A DNA stretch of 64,000 nucleotides, from NCBI GenBank assembly GCA_032654565.1, contig JAULAX010000011.1, positions 1-64,000 on the forward strand, written 5' to 3'. The stretch is from Anaeromyxobacteraceae bacterium. GTDB taxonomy: Bacteria; Myxococcota; Myxococcia; Myxococcales; Anaeromyxobacteraceae. The translations under genes and the position numbers were made by a program. Of the stretch, positions 56,027 through 64,000 are shown in pieces (position 1 is the first letter of the stretch; every line of letters begins with the position of its first letter). A model generated the notes under the pieces. It did not search any database, was not told the DNA's origin, and saw only the letters and a program-made list of their open reading frames with translations.

Positions 56027-58495
56027 CTAGATGGGCAGGACCAGCACCGGCCGCATCATCTCGTTGTCCTCGTGGTCGACGATGTGGCAGTGCCAGACGT
56101 ACGGACCGGCGGTGACCGGCTCCCAGAATGGGGTCGGGACGGCCTGGGCCACGGTCACCGGGGTCGTGATCGCGGTCTCTGGCACGGCGCATGCGAGGCC
56201 GGTCGCGTCCGGCGTGCACATGCACGTGGTGGAGCCGGTCATCAGCGGGGCGCCAATGGTGGGCGTCGCGCAGACCTGCTGGGTGACCGGCGTGGTCACC
56301 GCCACCGGCGTGCCGTAGGTTGGGCTGGCCGGGTTGGGGTCGGTCGAGGTGAAGGTGGCCGCGGCCTGGTTGCAGACCGTGCCGGCGGTGCAGGCGCCGC
56401 CGGAGCCGGTGTCGGCCCAGGCGCCGTCCCACTTGGCGATGACGGTCAGGACCTCACCCGGGTAGGCGATGGCGGTGTCCTTCCAGCCGGACTCGGTCGG
56501 CAGCGGAGCCCGGAGCTTGCCGACCAGCGTCGGCTTCGCCGCCAGGTTGTACTTCTGCGGGTTGATGGCCGGGTCGGTCGCCCCGAGCGCCGTCTGGAAG
56601 GCGGCCAGGTCGAAGGCCTGCCGGCTCACCACCTGGAACTGGACCAGGTGAAGGTGCATGGGGTGGGCGTCGACGGTGGTGTTGACGATCGTCCAGGCCT
56701 CGACCGTGCCGCGCTTCGGGGTCTCGGTGACCGCGTCCTCGAACCGCTTGCCGTCGATCTGGACGCGGAGCGGGAAGAGGGTGGTGGGGTCGAGCACCTC
56801 GTTGAGCACCATCTGCCGCGGGGGCGCGTTGGCGACCAGGGCGGGGCGGGCCACCAGCGCCGCGGGGGGAGTCCACGGGGCCGGCGAGGCCGGGAGGTTG
56901 GTCGGATCGTACGGGACCACCTGGAACTGGAGGATCTGCGCCATGCCGGCGAAGGGCCCGGCGCCGTTCGGCGCGATGCCGACGGGGTACGGAGCGGCGG
57001 CGCTGTTGGCCATCGTGATCTTGGCGTTGGAGTCGACCGCGGAGAAGTCGACGACGACGTCATACCGCTCACCGGGGCACATGGTGATGGTGCGGACGTT
57101 GCGCACCGCCGGCAGGTAGCCCTGGTCGCTGCCGATCACCTGGAAGGTCGGGGCGGCGCCGACGCTGGCGCGCAGGCTGAGCACATAGCAGCGGGCGTTG
57201 GAGCCGTCGAGGAGGCGCAGCCGGTAGGGGCGCTTCTCCACCTTCACCTTCGGCCAGATGACGCCGTTGACCACCGGGATGTCGCCGAAGTACTCGGGGA
57301 CCCACTGCGGGTGGATGGTCGGGTTGGGGCCGGGGGTGAGCGGGTTCCAGGTGGCGACGCCGGCCGGCGCGACCTGGCCGAGGCCGTTGGGGAAGTTGAT
57401 GGTGCCGTCGATGTTGAAGGCGCGGTCCTGGATGGCGATGGGGAGGTCGAAGCAGGCCGAGGCCTTGGTGGCGACGCCGGCGTTCTTGAGCACGCCGGCG
57501 ACCGAGCAGTCACCGCGCGGCGGCAGGCCGAGCGCATTCTCCTTGACCGGGTCCTCGACGAAGAAGAAGCCGGCCGGCCCGGCGGCCACGTTGATGCGGG
57601 TCTTGCCGAGGGCGTGGTCGTGGTACCAGATCGGGGCGGCGTCCTGGACCATCGGGTAGTTGTAGATGGCCGAGTTGCCGGCGGGGCGGACCAGGTTGCC
57701 GAGCTCGATGGCGTTGGCGACGCCGCCGGTGTCGAAGATCGGGTCGATGTTCTGCACGGCCCCGTTCGAGCTGCCGGTGACGGGCAGCGAGGGGAACTGG
57801 CCAGCGGTGTAGGCGGCGGCAGAGTTGACGTTGCCGAACCAGAGCTCCGCGAGGCCGTCGGAGTCGGGCGGGATCTCGCCGCCGTGGAGGTGGACCACCA
57901 TGGCGTTGTCCGGCTGCTGGTGGCTGCCGAACGGGCCGACGGCGCCCTGGACACCCATCAGCGTCCGGTCGATGGCGCAGGGGACGTTCGGGTTCTGCGG
58001 CTGCGGGCAGAAGAGGTGCTGGTCGGGGGCGTTGTTGATCCACTTCACCTTGACCGGGCGACCCTTGAGGGCGCGGAAGCTCATGGAGGGGTAAGTCGAG
58101 GCGCCGTTGAGCGCGTAGGTGCCGGGGGCGTTGACCTGCGAGTAGCCCCAGACCGGGGTGCACATCGGCAGGCCCGGCGCCTTGCGGGTGTTGGGCGGGG
58201 TGCGCAGCCCGAGCCACTGGGTCCCGGCCGAGCAGCCACCCTGCGGGAAGGCGACCGGGACCGGGGTCACCGGCGACATCTGGACTTCGTAGTAGTCGAA
58301 CCCGGGGAAGGTGGCGCGATCCGGGACGTAGTCGATGGGGACGGGGAGGTCGAGGGTGAAGCGGTTCTGGGTCCCCGGCAGCAGCGGCTGGACCCCGCCA
58401 GGCACGATCTGGGCGTGAGCGAGCGACGCCCACGCGGTGACGGCGAAGACCGCCGCGGCCATGCCAAACTTGAGGACTCGATTGATGGTGTTCAC
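56027..58495 (-). CDS. Secreted multicopper oxidase (CotA/bilirubin oxidase-like)
   Basis: All four Cu motifs: HLHG, WYHDH, HPMHLH, WHCHIVDHEDNEM; signal peptide; GGGGG RBS before GTG. Confidence 0.9.
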   Translation of the reverse strand: MNTINRVLKFGMAAAVFAVTAWASLAHAQIVPGGVQPLLPGTQNRFTLDLPVPIDYVPDRATFPGFDYYEVQMSPVTPVPVAFPQGGCSAGTQWLGLRTPPNTRKAPGLPMCTPVWGYSQVNAPGTYALNGASTYPSMSFRALKGRPVKVKWINNAPDQHLFCPQPQNPNVPCAIDRTLMGVQGAVGPFGSHQQPDNAMVVHLHGGEIPPDSDGLAELWFGNVNSAAAYTAGQFPSLPVTGSSNGAVQNIDPIFDTGGVANAIELGNLVRPAGNSAIYNYPMVQDAAPIWYHDHALGKTRINVAAGPAGFFFVEDPVKENALGLPPRGDCSVAGVLKNAGVATKASACFDLPIAIQDRAFNIDGTINFPNGLGQVAPAGVATWNPLTPGPNPTIHPQWVPEYFGDIPVVNGVIWPKVKVEKRPYRLRLLDGSNARCYVLSLRASVGAAPTFQVIGSDQGYLPAVRNVRTITMCPGERYDVVVDFSAVDSNAKITMANSAAAPYPVGIAPNGAGPFAGMAQILQFQVVPYDPTNLPASPAPWTPPAALVARPALVANAPPRQMVLNEVLDPTTLFPLRVQIDGKRFEDAVTETPKRGTVEAWTIVNTTVDAHPMHLHLVQFQVVSRQAFDLAAFQTALGATDPAINPQKYNLAAKPTLVGKLRAPLPTESGWKDTAIAYPGEVLTVIAKWDGAWADTGSGGACTAGTVCNQAAATFTSTDPNPASPTYGTPVAVTTPVTQQVCATPTIGAPLMTGSTTCMCTPDATGLACAVPETAITTPVTVAQAVPTPFWEPVTAGPYVWHCHIVDHEDNEMMRPVLVLPI

Positions 58496-58590
58496 TTGGT
58501 ATTCCCCCTGCGATCTAGGTGTTCCGGTGCGGCGGTGGTATCTCCTGTGAGTCAACTTCTGTTGTCCCCTCAACTCCGAGTCAAAAGATG

Positions 58591-58604
58591 TTGACCACGA
58601 TCAA
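58591..58604. promoter_or_regulatory. FNR/CRP-family-like box
   Basis: TTGAC-CACG-ATCAA, 1 mismatch to TTGAT-N4-ATCAA, in an AT-rich divergent intergenic region. Confidence 0.55.
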
Positions 58605-58895
58605 GTGCGTGAGCGACAATTAGCCGCATAGAACAGCAAGGGAAAGTACCGTGATGTGGGTACACGCACACCACCGCCACAATTGGCAACAATGTGCTGC
58701 AATGTAGGTCGCGTCTTCGATTCGCCCCTCCTTGAGGTCACGGACCCTGCAGCCATTCATCACATCCCAATGGGGGGCAGAGAGGTGGAATCGCGCCGGG
58801 AATGGCTATCCTCCTCGGCGAGTTGCTCCGTGTTCCGTGGGCCATTCCGTGGAGCGATCCGCGAGCCGTTTCGTGAGCTGCGAGGGGAGCGTTCG

Positions 58896-59984
58896 ATGAC
58901 GATCTTCACCGCGGCGGCGCTCCTGGCGCTCGCCATCGCCGGCCCGCCGTCCGCCGGTGGTCCACGGCCCGCCGGCGCCACGCCCTCCGCCGAGGCCGTG
59001 GCGCTCTTCCCGATCCTGCGTGACGGAAAGTGGGGGTACATCGACCGCACCGGCCAGGTGGTGATCCCGCCGCGCTTCGAGCGGGCCGGCCCCTTCTCGG
59101 AGGGGCTGGCCGCCTACGAGGACGGGGCCGAGTTCGGCTACGTCGACGCCAGGGGGAAGAAGGTCCTGCTCCCCGCCCACCTCCCGGCCGGCGTCATCCA
59201 CCGCCCCTTCTCGGCGGGGCTGGCCGCGGTCCGGGTCGGGGCGCTCCACGGCTACATGGACCGGAGCGGGAAGCTGGCCCTCCCCGCCCGCTACACCACC
59301 GCCAGCGACTTCACCCAGGGTTATGCGATGGCCTGCGACGACGCCGGCTGCGGCTACCTCGATCCGGCCGGCCGCGGGGCCGTCGGCTACGGCTTCATGG
59401 GGTCGGCCCCGGTGAGCGAGGGGGTGGCCTGCATCAACCTGGCCATGGGGATGGGGCACCAGCGGGTCGAGCTGCGACGGCTCGACGGCACCACCATCCC
59501 CGGCGAGTGGGAAGGGTGCGGGAAGATGTCGGAGGGGCTGGTGGCGGTCCGCTACCGCGGCAGCTGGGGCTACGTCGACGGGCGCGGCCAGGTGGCCATC
59601 CAGCGCCGGTTCGAGAAGGCGGGTGACTTCGTCGGCGGCCTGGCACCGGTGACCATGGGGGAGGGGCGGTGCGGCTACATCGAGAAGTCGGGGCGGCTCG
59701 CCATCCCGGCGCGCTACGCGGCGTGCCAGCCGTTCTCGGATGGGCTGGCCCGCGTCGACCTCGCCAGGGATCCGGCCGACGGGGAGCAGGTCGCCTTCAT
59801 CGACCGCGACGGGAAGGTGGTGGTGGAGGGCGCGCAGGCCTCGCCACCCTTCGACTCGGCCGAGCCGTTCGAGAACGGCCTCGCCGCCGTGGGGGTCGGG
59901 GGACCGCCCCATATGGCCGGGAGCGGAACGCTGCTCGGCTACGTAAACAGGGAAGGCCGCTACGTCTGGAAGCCGGTCAACTGA
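58896..59984 (+). CDS. Secreted WG-repeat (KWG) protein
   Basis: Repeated WGYID..G...I...F..FSEGLA units. Confidence 0.85.
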   Translation: MTIFTAAALLALAIAGPPSAGGPRPAGATPSAEAVALFPILRDGKWGYIDRTGQVVIPPRFERAGPFSEGLAAYEDGAEFGYVDARGKKVLLPAHLPAGVIHRPFSAGLAAVRVGALHGYMDRSGKLALPARYTTASDFTQGYAMACDDAGCGYLDPAGRGAVGYGFMGSAPVSEGVACINLAMGMGHQRVELRRLDGTTIPGEWEGCGKMSEGLVAVRYRGSWGYVDGRGQVAIQRRFEKAGDFVGGLAPVTMGEGRCGYIEKSGRLAIPARYAACQPFSDGLARVDLARDPADGEQVAFIDRDGKVVVEGAQASPPFDSAEPFENGLAAVGVGGPPHMAGSGTLLGYVNREGRYVWKPVN

Positions 59985-60007
59985 GAAGAACCACCGGGAG
60001 CGCCACC

Positions 60008-60724
60008 GTGACCCTCCTTCCCATCCTCCTCGCGCTCGGGCTCGCCGCCTCCGCGGTCGCACCTGCCCCCGCGGTCGCATCTGCCTCCGCGGTCGCACCT
60101 GCCCCCGCGGGCCGGGGTGCCGCCGCGCCCGAGGAAGCCGATCCGAACCCCTGGGGTCAGCCGCCCACCGGCGCCGCCGAGGACGTCGCGCTCTGGACCA
60201 CGCTGCGCGACTCGCAGAACCAGGCCGTGCTCCAGATGAGCCGGATCGCCCAGGCCTCCTACCGGATCCGCTACGGGCGCTACTACGAGCGGCTCGACCA
60301 GCTCTCCGGGACCACGCCCGGCCCGGTCCCGGACCAGGCCCGCCGCCTGCGCTCCCGCCTGGAGGTGGCGGCTCGCCAGGCCGACGAGGGGATCCCCAAG
60401 ACCGGGCTCCGGGTCCGGGTCTGCAAGTACACGCTGCTCCACCTCGACCAGCGCCTGCGGCTCCCCGACGAACCGTCCATGAAGGTGGAGCTGCCCAGGG
60501 TGCGGGCCGAGGCGCGCAGCTGCACCGGAGAGCTGGTCCCCTTCGCGGCCAAGGTCCTGGCGCTGGCCGACGCGCTCGACGCCGCGGTGGCCGACGCCGA
60601 GACCTTCCTGGACCGGGAGGAACCGGCCCCGCCGACCGCCCCCACGCCCACGCCGGCGCCGTCCGCGGCGCCGCCGGCCACCGGGGCCTCCTCCCCCGCG
60701 CCGAGCGCAGGAACCCGTCCATGA
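60008..60724 (+). CDS. Secreted hypothetical protein with short 18-bp repeat (ASAVAP) near N-terminus
   Basis: Signal peptide; repeat about 60046-60110; stop overlaps next ATG. Confidence 0.6.
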   Translation: MTLLPILLALGLAASAVAPAPAVASASAVAPAPAGRGAAAPEEADPNPWGQPPTGAAEDVALWTTLRDSQNQAVLQMSRIAQASYRIRYGRYYERLDQLSGTTPGPVPDQARRLRSRLEVAARQADEGIPKTGLRVRVCKYTLLHLDQRLRLPDEPSMKVELPRVRAEARSCTGELVPFAAKVLALADALDAAVADAETFLDREEPAPPTAPTPTPAPSAAPPATGASSPAPSAGTRP

Positions 60725-61350
60725 CCCCTCGCAAGATCCTCCTGGCCGCCGTGGCCATCGCGCTCCTCCTCGTCGGCGCCAGCCTGCTGGTGCTCGACCG
60801 GATGGACCGGACGGCGGGGCCGGGCGCGGGCGGGGCCACGCCGTCGAACGCAGACCCGGTGGCCGGCGCGACGCCGGGCGTCGGCTCGACCCCGGCGCTC
60901 GCCGACGCGCCCGCCGAGCCCCCGCCGCTGGTCACCCCGCCCAACATCGGGGCCCGGCCCAGCGCCGCGTCCAGCATCCCCTGGGACGAGGTGCCCATGG
61001 CCTCGAAGCTGGGCGAGCTCGGCCCCGGGCTGGCGGCGCCGGTCAACACGGCGCTGCGCGCCGCGCGCGCCACCATCGAGTCCTGCTTCGAGGAGGACCG
61101 GCAGCTGCGCGCCAGCCGTCCGGCCCCCACCTACGATCCCGACAACATGCCGACCGGCCCGGCGGTGCTGGTGCTCCAACTCGAGTCGAGGGGCGGCGCG
61201 CTCGACGTGGTCGCCGCCACGGTCGAGTCGCTCGGCACCTCGACCCGCGAGCTGGCCAACTGCGCCTGCCAGGTGCTACGGGGCTGGCCCATCCCGGCGC
61301 CCGCCGCCAGCCCGGGGCGCCGCTACCGGCTCAAGTACCCGCTCCACTAG
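60721..61350 (+). CDS. Membrane-anchored hypothetical protein (TonB-C/AgmX-like C-terminal fold possible)
   Basis: N-terminal TM, Pro-rich linker, IESCF...NCACQVL. Confidence 0.6.
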   Translation: MTPRKILLAAVAIALLLVGASLLVLDRMDRTAGPGAGGATPSNADPVAGATPGVGSTPALADAPAEPPPLVTPPNIGARPSAASSIPWDEVPMASKLGELGPGLAAPVNTALRAARATIESCFEEDRQLRASRPAPTYDPDNMPTGPAVLVLQLESRGGALDVVAATVESLGTSTRELANCACQVLRGWPIPAPAASPGRRYRLKYPLH

Positions 61351-62350
61351 GCGGTGCGGGCGGGGCCCCGGTCGGCTCGACACCACCTGGTGCGGCGCCG
61401 CGCGCCGTGAGGAACGACGCGGCCTCCGGCGCCGGCGGCAGCCAGCGCCCCGCCGCAGCGACCACCAGCCCGAGGAGCCCCACCCCGGTGGCGAGGACCA
61501 GGGCCGCGTCCGCCGGGCGAGTCACCAGCTCATCGCCGGCCGGCTCCGCCCCCGGGCTGGCCAGCAGGCCGATCACCGCCAGGCCGTTGTTGAGGGCGTG
61601 GGCCAGCATCGACGGCCAGACCGAGCCGGTCGCCCAGGCCAGCCAGCCGTAGACCACCCCGAGCAGGAGGACGCCGGGGAACCGGACCGGGTCGAGGTGG
61701 TAGAGGGCGAAGACCAGCGACGAGAGGGCGATGGCCCGCCGCGGGGAGCGGCGCCCGGCCAGCCCCGACTGCAGGCCGCCGCGGAAGGCCAGCTCCTCGC
61801 AGGTGGCCGGGACGATGGCGGCCACCAGCAGCAGCAGCCACGGGCTCCAGGGCTCCAGGGCCAGCGCCCGCCGCACGTCGAACTGCTCGAGGAGGCTCCG
61901 CGGCAGGGCCGCCCGGGTGAGCCCGTGGAGCCCGGCCCCCGCGACCATGGCGGCCAGCCCGGCCGCCCCGCCGAGGCCGAGGATCCTGGCCGAGGGGGCG
62001 GGCGCCAGGCGCAGCAGCCGCGAGGGGCGGTAGCCGGATCGCCAGGCCCAGACCAGCGTCGGGACCAGCACCGCCGCCTGCATGGCGAGGAGGCGGGCCA
62101 GCCCGGACCAGCGCCCCAGCAGCGAGTAGGGGAAGAGGAGGAGGATGGGGACGGCGGCCGCCAGGAAGAGGGCCAGCGTGGCGAGGGACGGAGGCTCGTT
62201 CACGGGCCGGGGCTCGACGACCGGCGAGGCGCCCGGCCCCCCTCCGGCGGCCCCGTCCCCGGCCACCGGCGTCGGCGCCTCGGCCTGCGGCGGCGCCGGC
62301 GGCTCGGTCGGCGACCCGGCGGCTGTCGAGGGCGGCTCCACGGCCACCAT
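61331..62350 (-). CDS. CPBP (CAAX/Abi) intramembrane glutamic endopeptidase
   Basis: EELAFRG, FALYH, HALNN; start may be GTG 62341. Confidence 0.85.
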   Translation of the reverse strand: MVAVEPPSTAAGSPTEPPAPPQAEAPTPVAGDGAAGGGPGASPVVEPRPVNEPPSLATLALFLAAAVPILLLFPYSLLGRWSGLARLLAMQAAVLVPTLVWAWRSGYRPSRLLRLAPAPSARILGLGGAAGLAAMVAGAGLHGLTRAALPRSLLEQFDVRRALALEPWSPWLLLLVAAIVPATCEELAFRGGLQSGLAGRRSPRRAIALSSLVFALYHLDPVRFPGVLLLGVVYGWLAWATGSVWPSMLAHALNNGLAVIGLLASPGAEPAGDELVTRPADAALVLATGVGLLGLVVAAAGRWLPPAPEAASFLTARGAAPGGVEPTGAPPAPPSGAGT

Positions 62351-62395
62351 CTTACCCGGTGTCCGCCCCGCCCCGGGTCGGCTAGCATGCGCCGC

Positions 62396-63625
62396 ATGGA
62401 TTTCGCGAACCGGACGGTGGTGCTCGGCGTGGGCGGGGGCATCGCCGCCTACAAGGCCTGCGACGTGGCCCGGCTGGTGGTGAAGGGGCGGGGCCGGGTG
62501 CGGGTGGCCATGACCCGCGCCGCCACCCGCTTCGTCGGCCCGCTCACCTTCCAGGCGCTCAGCGGCGCCCCGGTGGTGGTGGACCTGCTCGACGAGCAGA
62601 CCGAGCGGAGCTACGGCCACCTGCAGCTGGCGCGCGAGGCCGACCTCTTCCTGGTGGCGCCGGCCACCGCCGACCTGATCGCCCGGCTCCGCGCCGGCAT
62701 GGGCGACGACGCCGTCACCACCACGGCGCTGGCCGTCACCTGCCCGGTGCTCATCGCCCCGGCCATGAACACCCGGATGTGGAAGAACCCGGCGGTGCAG
62801 GAGAACCTCGCGGCGCTGGTGGCCCGCGGCTGGCACGTGGTCGGCCCGGGCACCGGCGTGCTGGCCGACGGCGACGTCGGCGAGGGGCGGCTGGCCGAGC
62901 CGGAGGAGATCGCCACCGCCGCCTCAAGGCTGCTCGGCAACCTCGATCTCTCCGGCCGCCGCGTGGTGGTCACCGCCGGCCCGACCCGCGAGCCCATCGA
63001 CCCGGTCCGCTTCATCTCCAACCCCTCCTCGGGGAAGATGGGCTACGCGCTGGCGGCCGTGGCGGCCCGGCGCGGGGCCGAGGTGGTGATGGTCTCCGGC
63101 CCCACCTCGCTGCCGGATCCGGCCGGGGTCCGTACCATCCGCGTCGAGACCGCCGAGGAGATGGCGCGGGCGGTGGACGAGGTGGCCGGCGGCATGGACC
63201 TCTTCATCGGGGCCGCCGCCGTCTCCGACTACCGGCCCACCACCTCGGCCTCCCACAAGGTGAAGAAGGGGGCCGGCGACGAGACCCTCAAGCTGACCCG
63301 CACGCCGGACATCCTCGCCGGCCTCGGGGCCCGCCTGGCCGGCAAGCCCGACGCCCCGGTGCTGGTCGGCTTCGCCGCCGAGACCGAGGAGGTCATCACC
63401 CGGGCCCGGGAGAAGCTGAAGGGGAAGCGCTGCGACCTGGTGGTGGCCAACAAGGTGGGGCTCCCCAACGCCGGCTTCGGCGCCGACACCAACCGGGTGG
63501 CGCTGGTCTCGGCCACCGAGCTGGCCGAGATCGAGGGGCCCAAGGAGCGGGTGGCCGAGGCCATCGTCGACTGGATCCTGCCGGTGCTCGAGGCCCGGCG
63601 CCCCCGCGCCACGCCGCTCAAGTAG
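62396..63625 (+). CDS. coaBC: Phosphopantothenoylcysteine decarboxylase/ligase
   Basis: GGIAAYK, APATAD, APAMN, TAGPTREPIDPVRFISN.SSGKMG, VGFAAET. Confidence 0.95.
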   Translation: MDFANRTVVLGVGGGIAAYKACDVARLVVKGRGRVRVAMTRAATRFVGPLTFQALSGAPVVVDLLDEQTERSYGHLQLAREADLFLVAPATADLIARLRAGMGDDAVTTTALAVTCPVLIAPAMNTRMWKNPAVQENLAALVARGWHVVGPGTGVLADGDVGEGRLAEPEEIATAASRLLGNLDLSGRRVVVTAGPTREPIDPVRFISNPSSGKMGYALAAVAARRGAEVVMVSGPTSLPDPAGVRTIRVETAEEMARAVDEVAGGMDLFIGAAAVSDYRPTTSASHKVKKGAGDETLKLTRTPDILAGLGARLAGKPDAPVLVGFAAETEEVITRAREKLKGKRCDLVVANKVGLPNAGFGADTNRVALVSATELAEIEGPKERVAEAIVDWILPVLEARRPRATPLK

Positions 63626-63706
63626 CCGGGCCGGCGCCCCGGTCGGGCCGGCCCGCGCACCGCGCCCTCACCGCACCCCTCGCCAGGGATGGGGACTCGC
63701 GGGTGG

Positions 63707-64000
63707 TCAGGCCCCGGCGATGCGGGCCGCCCGCGGCGGCAGCACCAGCGTCCCGTGGATGGCCCGCCGAAACGAGTCGCGCGACTCGCCCACCAGCTGG
63801 TGGGCCTCGATGCCGGTCAGCTTCCCGGAGCGGACCTGGGCGGCCAGCATGCGCCGCAGCTTCTCCGACATGGCCAGGTTGCGCTCACCGGTGGCGTCGG
63901 CGCGGGCAGCCTCGCAGCCGCGGCCCTCGAGGAGCAGGCCGAGGATGGCCTCCACCGCCAGGTCGTTCACCTCCTCGACCAGGTCGTCCTCCAGCGGCAG
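63707..64000 (-). CDS. 3' end of a hypothetical protein extending past the window
   Basis: Open frame with GC-typical codons continuing to the window edge. Confidence 0.5.
   Translation of the reverse strand: MPLEDDLVEEVNDLAVEAILGLLLEGRGCEAARADATGERNLAMSEKLRRMLAAQVRSGKLTGIEAHQLVGESRDSFRRAIHGTLVLPPRAARIAGA

Noticed and set aside
58684..58700. TGGCAAC...TGC as a sigma-54 promoter
   Set aside because: GG-to-GC spacing is not 10 nt
61331..61350. 20-bp convergent overlap between CPBP protease and the hypothetical gene
   Set aside because: Low-complexity tail running to the next stop; common in high-GC genomes
61331..62350. CAAX/Abi protein as a phage-defence gene
   Set aside because: Family name only; its context beside coaBC is housekeeping-like and no defence partners are present

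Overview
Very GC-rich (visually ~70%+) chromosomal segment, most consistent with an Anaeromyxobacter-like myxobacterium (romR-valS, nadC-birA-coaX and frzS-like neighbourhoods). It holds two Liv-type ABC importer operons. One is headed by a porin; the other ends in a 3-hydroxybutyrate dehydrogenase and has a visible sigma-54 promoter, three enhancer-like palindromes and an adjacent enhancer-binding protein. Also present: mutS2; an ECF sigma / anti-sigma / caspase-like protease module; namZ, nadD and a frameshifted Clp ATPase; a ~4 kb accessory block with repeat-rich non-coding DNA; a DGC-CheW-romR-valS block; nadC, birA, coaX and murJ; a stand-alone Y1/HUH (RAYT-like) nuclease; frzS; a second ECF/anti-sigma pair; a radical SAM gene and rlmI-like gene; a multicopper oxidase; and coaBC. 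The most striking unexplained signal is an 18-22 bp motif, (TCGAC)TCCCGTCCCAGAGTAGTT. It brackets the RAYT-like gene as an inverted pair, supplies the stop codons of both flanking host genes, and recurs at three other intergenic sites in the window. Other highlights are a ValRS with an in-frame histone-like tail that has its own RBS+ATG, and the ECF/anti-sigma/outer-membrane caspase module. No rRNA, tRNA or CRISPR array was seen. All calls come from reading motifs by eye; no database searches were run.
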